A stretch of 62,943 nt of DNA, the filler included, from Candidatus Omnitrophota bacterium (GTDB lineage: Bacteria > Omnitrophota > Gorgyraeia > Zapsychrales > Zapsychraceae): assembly GCA_015233495.1 (NCBI GenBank). It is 3 parts of 3 records of this genome, joined end to end, with 100 filler letters (N's around TTAATTAATTAA, not from the genome) between each part and the next. Parts side by side here need not be neighbours in the genome. Positions count along the whole stretch, not along the records: positions 25,491 to 50,046 come from JADFXQ010000024.1; positions 50,147 to 62,943 come from JADFXQ010000002.1; 1 more part is not named here. One strand, 5' to 3'. Position 1 is the stretch's first letter; each line of letters opens with the position of its first letter. Under the pieces are notes generated by a model that saw only the letters and a program-made list of their open reading frames with translations, was not told the origin of the DNA and ran no database searches. This document shows positions 48,149 through 57,341 of the stretch, in pieces. Made by a program: the position numbers and the translations under genes.

Positions 48149-48428
48149 CGATGTCCATCCGCCCCTCGGCGTCTGAATATGATGTCAGGGGACGGATGCG
48201 GCGCGCACTTGCTCGTTGACAATCATTTTATTTCCGGACTGCCCTGTCCCGTCGGAAAAAACGGTATGGCTTGCGGATCACGCCCGCCTAAAATGGTCAT
48301 CACATACGATCGCATTGGTAAAAATTTTCTCCAAAATACAGCGAGATGTCGGGAATGGCCGTTTTTGAAGGCCGTTTTTATACATGTTTAATTCGAGAAC
48401 CAATATGATCAGAATTTGGGCGGTAACA
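47365..48428 (+). mobile_element. Transposon right arm, copy 3; transposase absent
   Basis: ATPase plus terminus ...GATCAGAATTTGGGCGGTAACA. Confidence 0.8.
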
Positions 48429-48526
48429 GCAAGTGACGCCGGCGGCGCGCCGATATTAACGGTCGCTTGTGTGGAGTTATTGCCAACGCCCGCGTTGTCA
48501 TACGCCGCGACGACAATAAAATAAAA
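48429..48526 (-). pseudogene. FN3-domain gene remnant cut by the transposon
   Basis: Hand translation FYFIVVAAYDNAGVGNNSTQATVNIGAPPASL, resembling the last strands of an FN3 domain. Confidence 0.55.
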
Positions 48527-48654
48527 AACATCATGTTGTCAAGTTGAGACTTGACCCCCTTTTTTACGCGTCGAAATTTTGCAAATTTTACCACATATTT
48601 TTAACGTAACTTCACCAAACTTAATAATTTGAATCGTTTTTTAAGACTGACTAG

Positions 48655-49053
48655 CTAAACTGTATCATTGGCTATCCAAAACACAACAGACAGGGTAGAT
48701 TTTGCTAGATATGGATGATCAGGGTAATATTCAAGATGCAGATGTTGCCATTGAGGATGCTTTATCAATTCGTTAATATTATCACCCAATATTTTTAATT
48801 TATCCAAACTACCTTGTATTTGTAAATATTTATTATCCATAACAGAGAATTTAACAGTTTGATTCGTGTCATGATAAATTTGAATACTTTCGAGATAAGA
48901 CGAAAAAGGAAAAAGAGCCCTCAGTTCAGAAGTTGGGCAGTGTAATGTCTGTTTGTTAGATGCAAGCGAATTAATGATCTTGAAAAGATCTGATTGGTTT
49001 GCTCTAATCTGTAGCTCATTTGTAGTTGGTTCAAAATCAATATGCATAATCAA
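48655..49053 (-). CDS. Putative immunity protein, Imm32-like
   Basis: AT-rich, directly downstream of the Rhs tip, GGAG RBS; LQIQGS...HLHLEYYPDHPYLA. Confidence 0.65.
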   Translation of the reverse strand: MIMHIDFEPTTNELQIRANQSDLFKIINSLASNKQTLHCPTSELRALFPFSSYLESIQIYHDTNQTVKFSVMDNKYLQIQGSLDKLKILGDNINELIKHPQWQHLHLEYYPDHPYLAKSTLSVVFWIANDTV

Positions 49054-49059
49054 TTCTCC

Positions 49060-50046
49060 TTAAGGGATGTCCCCTGGTCGTATGGAATTTGGATCAATGG
49101 GGAGATGAATGTTACCCACGACTTTTCCTTCGATTTGTGTTTCCAGATTAAGATGGGGACCAATTTGCTGAATATGTTTGCTTGCCGGATTAATATCAAA
49201 ACGCGCGATTCGAGTTATTTTCTGTCCTGCCTTATTTAGAGTCGTTCTGATAAATTGCCAAGCTCCATTCCCGGATTTAATCATTTGCCCTTTGCCCTGG
49301 ACCATGCGTGATCCTAGTTCAATGGCTCGATCCATGGTTATGGCAGCACTTTTGGCAGCTTTATTGACAATTTCCTTGCCCCCACCTGAAAGAAAATTAA
49401 AACCCGCATCTGCCGTAACGGCCAAGATTCCAACTGATGCAATAGTTCGTAACCCGGCATCATTTAAAGACCCCGAGTTAGCCGCTTGCCAAAGTTTAGC
49501 GCTGTCTTGCATCGTGGATGTATCGGCGATAATGTTGCCGGCAATAGATGCGCCATTCCCTAATCCAGAAATCATCGACTGCACTAATTCGCTTTCCATA
49601 GCGACAGTGACATCAGTGCGCATCGGTAGTGTATCTATCGGCGGTTTATGCGCTGTAACTACTATTGTGCCTAAATCCATATACTCATTCCCCGTCGGGT
49701 CGATGTAGTTAATCGGGTTGTTTTTTACGTAACTGTAGCGGTTGAACGACTGCGAATCTGTTGGATTGCCAATGAGCGCGTCGGCCGTAAAGAATCTTCC
49801 GATGGTCGGATTATAATATCTTGCGCCGTAATAATAAAGGCCTGTTTCCTCGTCGTAGTATTGGCCGGTGTATCTCGGGCCGCTTGAGCCGGCCGGCGGG
49901 GTTGTTGGGAATTCGCCGTACGGCAGGTATTGGTTTTGCGTGAGCTGCGCCCCGCCTGTGTCCGTTTGCACATTGTCACTGCCCAGATGGTCGGCGTGAT
50001 AATACGTTGTGACCCCGCTTTGGCGTTTGGCGATTCTCTGTCCGTC
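49060..50046 (-). CDS. Rhs core plus C-terminal toxin; 5' part cut by the contig edge
   Basis: Open to the gap: YYHADHLGS, YLPYGE, YTGQYYDEETGLYYYGARYY, NPINYIDPTGN; tip ARFDINP..H...PHLNLE...NIH. Confidence 0.88.
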   Translation of the reverse strand, partial: DGQRIAKRQSGVTTYYHADHLGSDNVQTDTGGAQLTQNQYLPYGEFPTTPPAGSSGPRYTGQYYDEETGLYYYGARYYNPTIGRFFTADALIGNPTDSQSFNRYSYVKNNPINYIDPTGNEYMDLGTIVVTAHKPPIDTLPMRTDVTVAMESELVQSMISGLGNGASIAGNIIADTSTMQDSAKLWQAANSGSLNDAGLRTIASVGILAVTADAGFNFLSGGGKEIVNKAAKSAAITMDRAIELGSRMVQGKGQMIKSGNGAWQFIRTTLNKAGQKITRIARFDINPASKHIQQIGPHLNLETQIEGKVVGNIHLPIDPNSIRPGDIP

Positions 50047-50146
50047 NNNNNNNNNNNNNNNNNNNNNNNNNNNNNNNNNNNNNNNNNNNNTTAATTAATT
50101 AANNNNNNNNNNNNNNNNNNNNNNNNNNNNNNNNNNNNNNNNNNNN
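50047..50146. other. Artificial contig linker
   Basis: N44-TTAATTAATTAA-N44. Confidence 0.97.
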
Positions 50147-51494
50147 TAATCCGGACATCCCCAGTTCAGCCGCGGACTTCTTTTTGATCGGCGGCAAGCC
50201 GATCCGCGTCGAAGCCGTTGACCGGTATACCGTGCGCTTTACCTTGCCTAACCGTTTCGCGCCGTTTTTGCGCAGTATGTCTCAACCCATTTTACCCGCG
50301 CATTGTCTGCGTTCGGCGGTGGCGCAAAAAAAATTCAATTTCACTTGGGGGATCGATACTCCGCCGGAGCAAATCGTCGGCACTGGGCCGTTTGCGCTCG
50401 CGGCCTATCGTCCGGGTGAGAGGGTGGTCCTTAAGCGCAATCCCTTTTATTGGAAGGTTTCTTTGCAAGGGGACCGTCTGCCTTATCTGGAACGCGTCAT
50501 CTATGTGATTGTCCAGAATCCGGATACGGAAATGCTTAAATTTATCGACGGCGAATTGGATGAATACGGCATCCGCGGCGCGGATTATCCGCTTTTAAAA
50601 CCGCGGGAAAAGGAAAAAAAATTCACCATCTATGAAAACGGCCCCGCTTCCGGGTCAAACTTTTTATTGTTCAATCAAAATACCGGGATAAATCCGCGCA
50701 CCGGAAAACCCTTTGTCGCGCCGTATAAATCCGCGTGGTTTACCAACCTGAATTTTCGTAAGGCCGTGGCCCACGCCATTGATAAAAAACGCATCATTGA
50801 GATTTTGATGAACGGGCTGGGCTATGCTCAGGATTCGGCGATCAACGTTAATGAGGGCGTTTTTTATAATCCCGACGTAGTCAAATATCCTTATGATTTG
50901 CGGCAGGCAGCCGCGCTGCTTAAGCAAGCCGGGTTTTGGGACAGAAATGGCGACGGGGTCATCGAGGACAGCCAGGGGCATCCGGTGGAATTCAATTTGG
51001 CGACCAACGCGGGAGCGGCGGAGCGCCTGCAGATTGCCGCGATTATCCGGTCCGACTTGGAACGGTTGGGGATGCGGGTGAATTTTAAAATCGTGGAATT
51101 CAATGCCTTGGTCAATCAATTGACTGCTTCCTATGATTGGGACGCGGTGATCATGGGGCTGTCCGGCGGGGGCGCGGATCCGCATTTTTCGGTCAATGTC
51201 TGGTCGTCGTCCGGCGGTCTGCATATGTGGTATCCCCGGCAAAAATCTCCGGCCACGGCCTGGGAGGCGCGGATTGACGCGATTTTTCAAGACGCAGTGC
51301 AAGCGCTTGATGAATCTCAGCGCAAAAAGCTCTATGATGAATTTCAGGCGATTGTCGCCGACCAGGTTCCGTTGATTTACACCGTGCTGGAAGCCAAGAT
51401 TTACGCCGTGCGCGATAAATTCGGGAATTTAAAACCCGCGAATTATGGCGGGGCTTTTCATAATATTGAAGAAATTTATATCCGGAAACCTTAA
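50147..51494 (+). CDS. ABC peptide/nickel-family substrate-binding protein, 5' partial
   Basis: VDRYTVRFTL, VGTGPF, RNPFYW, FRKAVAHAID, WDRNGDG. Confidence 0.9.
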
Positions 51495-51495
51495 G

Positions 51496-52491
51496 ATGAT
51501 CCGTTATATTTGCCAACGCGTCCTTTTCGCTATCCCGTTATTGTTCGCGATGACTTTGCTGACTTTTATTTTAATGCGGCTGACGCCGGGTAATTATTTT
51601 GACAGTTTAAAATTGAATCCGCAAATCTCCGGCGAAACCATTGCCCGGTATGAGGCGTTGTATCAATTGGACAAACCCGTCTTATGGCAATATTTTTGCT
51701 GGGTTCGCAATTTGGGGAGCGGCGAGCTGGGATATTCTTTTTACTATAATATTCCGGTCGGGAAAATATTAAGTCAGCGGCTGGGCAACACTTTTTTGCT
51801 CGCTTTTGCCGGTTTGGTTTTTACTTGGCTGGCCGCGATTCCGCTCGGGATCTGGGCAGGGTTGCGGCGTAACCGTTGGGGAGACCGGTGCGTATCGGTT
51901 TTATCTTTTTTCTTGCTTTCCACTCCGGCATTCTTTCTCGCTTTGCTTTTGTTATTTTTTGCCAGCCACACAGGCGGCTTGCCTTTGGGCGGCATGGTCA
52001 GCGCGGATTTTGAACAATTTTCGCCGGAATTAAAACTCTTCGATATTCTGCGTCATTTGCTAATCCCGACCATTGTCATTTCGTTAGGCGCCATTGCGGC
52101 TTTGCAGCGGATCATGCGGGGTAATTTTTTAGAGGTGCTGGGCCAGCAATATATCGCGGCGGCCCGGGCGCGGGGCTTGCCGGAAAACGTAGTCATTTAC
52201 CGTCACGCTTTGCGTAACGCGATCAATCCGTTAATCACTTTATTCGGGTATGAATTGTCCGGCTTGCTCAGCGGCGCGGCTTTAATCGAAATCATCTGCA
52301 ATTGGCCGGGCCTGGGGTCGTTGATGCTCACGGCGGTGCGGGCGAAAGATATTTATTTGGTGATGGCCAGTATGTTGATGGGAGGGATATTGCTGTTGGC
52401 GGGAAATTTGCTCGCGGATATTTTATTGGTATGGTCGGATCCTCGGATAAAAGAAGCTCCGGATCGCAGCCGTGGTCTGACCAGCCGCTAA
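51496..52491 (+). CDS. Oligopeptide ABC permease, OppB/DppB-like
   Basis: GELGYS, ARARGL, HALRNA, WPGLG, DPRI. Confidence 0.92.
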   Translation: MIRYICQRVLFAIPLLFAMTLLTFILMRLTPGNYFDSLKLNPQISGETIARYEALYQLDKPVLWQYFCWVRNLGSGELGYSFYYNIPVGKILSQRLGNTFLLAFAGLVFTWLAAIPLGIWAGLRRNRWGDRCVSVLSFFLLSTPAFFLALLLLFFASHTGGLPLGGMVSADFEQFSPELKLFDILRHLLIPTIVISLGAIAALQRIMRGNFLEVLGQQYIAAARARGLPENVVIYRHALRNAINPLITLFGYELSGLLSGAALIEIICNWPGLGSLMLTAVRAKDIYLVMASMLMGGILLLAGNLLADILLVWSDPRIKEAPDRSRGLTSR

Positions 52492-52542
52492 GAGCTTTCG
52501 CTCAAACGCGGCTGGCCAGACCGCGGCTGCGGTTTGGAGCTT
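52454..52542 (+). repeat. Long (~35 bp) RNA hairpin at the permease-permease junction
   Basis: AAGCTCCGGATCGCAGCCGTGGTCTGACCAGCCGC pairs with GCGGCTGGCCAGACCGCGGCTGCGGTTTGGAGCTT; inner GAGC-TTTC-GCTC. Confidence 0.8.
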
Positions 52543-52569
52543 ATACCAGAATATAGCAGTGAGGGTATT

Positions 52570-53664
52570 GTGAACGACAAAAAAAATAATTTATCGCAAT
52601 TTCAGCGTGCCTTGTCCCAGTTTCGCCAGAACCGCTGGGGAATGGCGTGTCTGATAGTTATCGGCGTTTTTTACGGCGCGGCTTTGTTTGCGGATTTTTT
52701 AGCGCCCTATGCTTATGACCATGAAGAGCGGACGCTTTCCTATGCGCCGCCGTCGAAAATTCATATTCGGGACAAAGCCGGACATATGCGTCTGCCGTTT
52801 GTTTATGGTTTGACTTTTAGCTTTGACCAAAATCACCGCCGGATTTATCAGGAAGACCCCGCCCAAATCTACCCGCTGGGTTTTTGGGCCAAAGGCGATG
52901 GTTATAAATTTTTGGGGATTATCCCATTGCAACGGCATTTATTCAGCGTCGATGCTCCCGGCCGCGTTTATTTGTGCGGCGCGGACAGCCGCGGCCGGGA
53001 TTTGTATTCCCGGATCCTGTACGGCGGACGGATTTCTTTATCAATCGGTTTGCTCGGAGTTTTGATTTCCTTTTCCATCGGGCTCTTGGTTGGCGGCGTG
53101 TCCGGGTATTATGGCGGGCGGGTCGATCAGATTTTGATGCGCTTATGCGAGATGTTTATGCTGGTGCCGGGATTTTATTTGATGTTGGCTTTTCGTTCCG
53201 CAGTGCCGGACCATTTTAATTCTTGGCAAGTCTACGCGTCGGTAATCATAATTCTTTCTTTGATCGGCTGGGCGGGGTTAGCCCGGATTATCCGCGGGAT
53301 GAGTTTGTCGTTAAGCCAGCGCGATTATGTTTTGGCGGCTAAGACCATGGGGTATTCGGATTTATATATAATTACCCGTCATGTTTTGCCGCATACTTTG
53401 TCGTATTCTATCGTCGCTTTGATGCTGTCGATTCCGGGTTATATTCTCGGGGAAGCCGCTTTAAGCCTGATCGGTTTGGGGATTCAGGACCCGATTCCCA
53501 GCTGGGGAAATCTGTTGTCCGACGCGATGGCAGTCGCCCAGATTGCTTTGCATCCTTGGACTTTGCTGCCGGGAGTAATTATTATCATGGTGGCAATGAG
53601 TTTTAACATTGTCGGAGACGGCTTGCGGGATTGTTTGGACCCTTTGATTAAGGATAAGCCATGA
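52570..53664 (+). CDS. Oligopeptide ABC permease, OppC/DppC-like
   Basis: GADSRGRDLYSRILYGGRISL, SGYYGG, PSWG, GDGLRDCLDP; GTG start. Confidence 0.92.
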   Translation: MNDKKNNLSQFQRALSQFRQNRWGMACLIVIGVFYGAALFADFLAPYAYDHEERTLSYAPPSKIHIRDKAGHMRLPFVYGLTFSFDQNHRRIYQEDPAQIYPLGFWAKGDGYKFLGIIPLQRHLFSVDAPGRVYLCGADSRGRDLYSRILYGGRISLSIGLLGVLISFSIGLLVGGVSGYYGGRVDQILMRLCEMFMLVPGFYLMLAFRSAVPDHFNSWQVYASVIIILSLIGWAGLARIIRGMSLSLSQRDYVLAAKTMGYSDLYIITRHVLPHTLSYSIVALMLSIPGYILGEAALSLIGLGIQDPIPSWGNLLSDAMAVAQIALHPWTLLPGVIIIMVAMSFNIVGDGLRDCLDPLIKDKP

Positions 53665-54455
53665 CAGATCCGGATTTGGTTTTGCAGGTGCGGGATTTGA
53701 CGGTTAATCTCGCGGCTGGGGACGCGGCGCCGATTGTGTCTGCGGCTTCATTTGCGATAAACCGCGGCAGGATTTTTGCTTTGGTGGGCGGGTCAGGCAG
53801 CGGGAAAACTACGCTGGCTTACGCGGTTTTAAGCTTACTGCAGCCCGGGCTTGTCCGCGCGTCAGGAAAGATAGTGTTTGGCTATCCCGGCCGGGACCTT
53901 TGTTCTTGTTCGGCGGAAGAATTGCGTTTGTGGCGGGGCCGGGAAGTGGGTATGGTTTTTCAAGAGCCTCTGCACGCTTTTAATCCTTTATTCACCATCG
54001 GCGACCAGATCACTGAGGTGTTAAAGCATCACACTGATTTGTCGCCGCGCCAGCGCGGTCAACGCATACTGGAGGTTTTGCAGCTAACGGGTTTAACCCA
54101 ACCAAGCCGCGCGGCGCGGCAATTTCCGCATCAGTTGAGCGGCGGAATGCGCCAGCGGGCGATGATCGCTTTGGCGATTGCTTGCCAGCCGCGGCTTTTG
54201 ATCGCCGACGAGCCGACCAGCAGTTTGGACGTGACTGTGCAAGCTCGCTTGATGGAATTGTTCCGTAAATTAAATCAGGAAATGGGTCTGGCAATTTTTT
54301 TGATTTCGCATGATTTGGGCATGGTTGGGCGGCTCGCGGATGATATGGCGGTGATGCGGCAAGGGAGAATCGTGGAACAAGGCGCGGTAAAAAATATTAT
54401 GGCAAAGCCCGCGCATACTTACACGCGGCAATTGTTGGAAGCGGCTTTGATTTGA
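53661..54455 (+). CDS. ABC ATPase, OppD/DppD-like
   Basis: [25 protein letters not shown]. Confidence 0.93.
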   Translation: MTDPDLVLQVRDLTVNLAAGDAAPIVSAASFAINRGRIFALVGGSGSGKTTLAYAVLSLLQPGLVRASGKIVFGYPGRDLCSCSAEELRLWRGREVGMVFQEPLHAFNPLFTIGDQITEVLKHHTDLSPRQRGQRILEVLQLTGLTQPSRAARQFPHQLSGGMRQRAMIALAIACQPRLLIADEPTSSLDVTVQARLMELFRKLNQEMGLAIFLISHDLGMVGRLADDMAVMRQGRIVEQGAVKNIMAKPAHTYTRQLLEAALI

Positions 54456-54470
54456 AACTTGGGGATTTTG

Positions 54471-55265
54471 ATGAACTTTCTGGAGCTTAAAAATATTCGT
54501 AAAACTTTTAACCCGCCAACCAACTGGGGCGAGCCGTCCCAGCCGGTCAAAGCAGTGGATGGCGTTGATTTGGTGGTCCCGGCCGGGTTGAACATTGGGC
54601 TGGTCGGCGAATCCGGCTGCGGCAAAACGACCTTAGGCCGCGTCGCGATCAAATTGATCGCGCCCGACGCGGGCACGATTATTTATCAAGGAGAAGACTT
54701 TACTCTGAGGCGGGGGAAGGCGTTGGTTAATTTCCGCCGGGATATTCAAATGGTTTTTCAAGACCCGTACACCAGCCTGGACCCCCGGTACAACGTACGG
54801 AATTTGATTGCCGAAGGCTTGCTGCCCGCTGGACTGAATATAAAAGCTTCCGAACGGGATAACCACATCCAGGCGGCGTTAAAAGATGTCGGATTATCCG
54901 GCGCGGTTTTAAACCGTTATCCCCATGAGTTGAGCGGCGGAGAGCGCCAGCGCGTGGCGATTGCCCGGGCGCTGGCCTACCGGCCGAAATTGTTGATTCT
55001 GGATGAGGCAGTGTCATCGTTGGATGTTATAATTCAAAAAGAGATCATTGACTTGTTGCTCGCCCTGCCGAAACAGCGGCCGATGCATTATTTGTTCATT
55101 TCGCACAATTTGCGGGTATTGCGGCGTTTGTGCCAGCGCGTCGCGGTCATGCGTCAGGGAAAGATTGTGGAAGCAGGGACCACCGAACAAATTTTTCAAA
55201 ACCCGGCGCATCCCTATACGCGTTCCTTAATCAAGGCCGCCATTGAATATAAGGCTGAGGAATAA
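54471..55265 (+). CDS. ABC ATPase, OppF/DppF-like
   Basis: [33 protein letters not shown]. Confidence 0.93.
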   Translation: MNFLELKNIRKTFNPPTNWGEPSQPVKAVDGVDLVVPAGLNIGLVGESGCGKTTLGRVAIKLIAPDAGTIIYQGEDFTLRRGKALVNFRRDIQMVFQDPYTSLDPRYNVRNLIAEGLLPAGLNIKASERDNHIQAALKDVGLSGAVLNRYPHELSGGERQRVAIARALAYRPKLLILDEAVSSLDVIIQKEIIDLLLALPKQRPMHYLFISHNLRVLRRLCQRVAVMRQGKIVEAGTTEQIFQNPAHPYTRSLIKAAIEYKAEE

Positions 55266-55310
55266 TTTTTGTCATTTGAATTCAGTTATTTGTCATTCCC
55301 CGGAGGGGCT

Positions 55311-57329
55311 ATGTTCACCGAATGGGTTTTGCGCCGTCTGAATTTTTTTGCCGCGCTGCTTGCCGCTTTGGTTTTGCTGGGCGCGGTGATTTTCGCGGCC
55401 AACTTGGAAATCAAAGACCCGGATATCTGGCTGCATCTGGCATCCGGCCAATATATTCTCCAGCACGGCCAAATTCCGCAGATAGACATTTTTTCCTGTA
55501 CCCGCGCCGGCGCGCCTTGGAACAACCACGAATGGCTTTTCCAGATCTTAGTCTACACGGTTTATCAACACGGCGGGATTGCAGGGCTCACCAATCTCTT
55601 AGTTGTCCTCGTGGGATTCATATTTGTCATTTTGTATGGGCTGGGTAGCGCGGCGCGCAAGAGTTTATTTCAATTTCTATTTTTGTTTTTGCTGCTCGGG
55701 TCTTTTGAACACCGGATGGTTTTACGGCCGGATATTTTCAGTTTGATTTTTTTCGTATTGGATATCGCGCTTCTTAACCGCGGCGGGAGCCGGACAGGGA
55801 CCGCGGCGGCGCTTTTGTTTATTCAGATTTTATGGGTAAATACGCATGGTTTTTTCATTCTCGGTCCGGCCCTGATTTTGATTTATGGAGCAGGCGAGTT
55901 TTTGAAACGCCGTCCCAATCTGCCGGCGTTTTTTCAAAATGCGCAAAAAATGCCGGAAGAATTGTATCGGTTTTTGCCAGCCTTGTTTCTTAGTCTTTCT
56001 CTGGCGTGTTTCATCAACCCCGGATTCATTCAAGGCGCGATCTATCCTTTTAAAATTCTATTTTCTTTGTCTACGGACTCCCGGATTTTTTTTAAGAGCA
56101 TCGTGGAGTTGGCTCCGCCGATTACTTTCGCGAATCTTTTTTCTTTAGACTATTTTCCGGAATATCGTTATATGATTCTGCTTTCTTTCGGCTCCTTGAT
56201 CGTCAACCGCCGGAAAACGGATATCACGGTCTGGTTATTCTGGCTGTTGTTTTTTTTATTTTCCTTAACCGCTTTGCGCAATATGCTTTTTTTCGCGATC
56301 GCCGCTTATTTTGTGTTTTTGGCGAACCTCCCGGAAGATTTTTCCGACGACAATCGAAAATTTCTGCCCTGGAGTCTGGCAGGAAAAGCGTTGATCGTGG
56401 GTTGGATCTTGACTTCGGTGCAACAATCTTTCGACCGGGGTTATTTTGATTTTGACCGGATGCAGAGAAAGAGCGAATACGGCGGGATTGCTTTACGGGA
56501 TTTTCCTTATCAGGCAGTGGATTTTTTAGCGAATAATCATATCAGCGGCAATTTTATGAATGATTTTAACTCCGGATCGTATTTGGTCGGCCGGACCAGC
56601 CCGCTGATCAAGGTATTCATCGACGGCCGCACCGAACTCTACGGATCGAAAATCTATCAGGATTTTGAAACTATCTGGAAAGGGGACGCCAAATTATTCG
56701 AGGAGTATGAAAAAAAATTCCAGATCACCGGCGCTTTTTTGAATTACGTTCATACCCCGATCCCGCCGGGGTTTATCGCTTATTTTATTCATCATCCGCA
56801 GTGGCGTTTGGTTTATTTTGATTATGATGCCGCGATTTTTCTCAAAGACACGCCGCAGAACAAGAAATGGATCAAGGCGTTTCAAATCGATCTCAAGCAT
56901 ATTCGGCAGCCGCTCATTGATTGGGCCCAAGTCGGCGCGAAGAATTTCATTCCTTATCGCTATGTCAACCGGGCCCAGGCTTTGTCGCGTATGGGATTCC
57001 GCGATCAAGCTCAACGCGAAGTAGCAGCCGCTTTGCGTCTGCATCCGGCGTATTTCGACGCTTATCGTCTTTATGGCAAAATTTTGGTCGAAGAAAAAAA
57101 ATATGATCCGGCTTTGGAAAATTTACGCAAAGCCAAACTGCTCTCGAGCGAAGATTTGGAAACGCGTTATTTATTGGCGAAATGTTTTTATGAGTTGGGC
57201 ATTCTGGCAGAGGCCCAGAAACAAGCCGGTTTTGTTTTGGATCGGGAGCCGGATAATGAGCCGGCCCGGAAATTATCCATTCTCATCAACGGGAAAGCGC
57301 GCGGGGTTTTAAAAATTAAAAATAAATAG
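55311..57329 (+). CDS. Polytopic membrane protein with C-terminal TPRs, putative GT-C
   Basis: DPDIWLHLASG, NHEWLFQ, WVNTHGFF, FIDGRTELYG, TPR-like tail. Confidence 0.7.
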   Translation: MFTEWVLRRLNFFAALLAALVLLGAVIFAANLEIKDPDIWLHLASGQYILQHGQIPQIDIFSCTRAGAPWNNHEWLFQILVYTVYQHGGIAGLTNLLVVLVGFIFVILYGLGSAARKSLFQFLFLFLLLGSFEHRMVLRPDIFSLIFFVLDIALLNRGGSRTGTAAALLFIQILWVNTHGFFILGPALILIYGAGEFLKRRPNLPAFFQNAQKMPEELYRFLPALFLSLSLACFINPGFIQGAIYPFKILFSLSTDSRIFFKSIVELAPPITFANLFSLDYFPEYRYMILLSFGSLIVNRRKTDITVWLFWLLFFLFSLTALRNMLFFAIAAYFVFLANLPEDFSDDNRKFLPWSLAGKALIVGWILTSVQQSFDRGYFDFDRMQRKSEYGGIALRDFPYQAVDFLANNHISGNFMNDFNSGSYLVGRTSPLIKVFIDGRTELYGSKIYQDFETIWKGDAKLFEEYEKKFQITGAFLNYVHTPIPPGFIAYFIHHPQWRLVYFDYDAAIFLKDTPQNKKWIKAFQIDLKHIRQPLIDWAQVGAKNFIPYRYVNRAQALSRMGFRDQAQREVAAALRLHPAYFDAYRLYGKILVEEKKYDPALENLRKAKLLSSEDLETRYLLAKCFYELGILAEAQKQAGFVLDREPDNEPARKLSILINGKARGVLKIKNK

Positions 57330-57341
57330 GGAAGAGACAAT

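Noticed and set aside
26040..48428. Repeated ...CGGTAACA segment as a CRISPR repeat, ncRNA or att site
   Set aside because: Only three dispersed copies with no spacers or cas genes; each truncates a gene at the same base, as transposon ends do.
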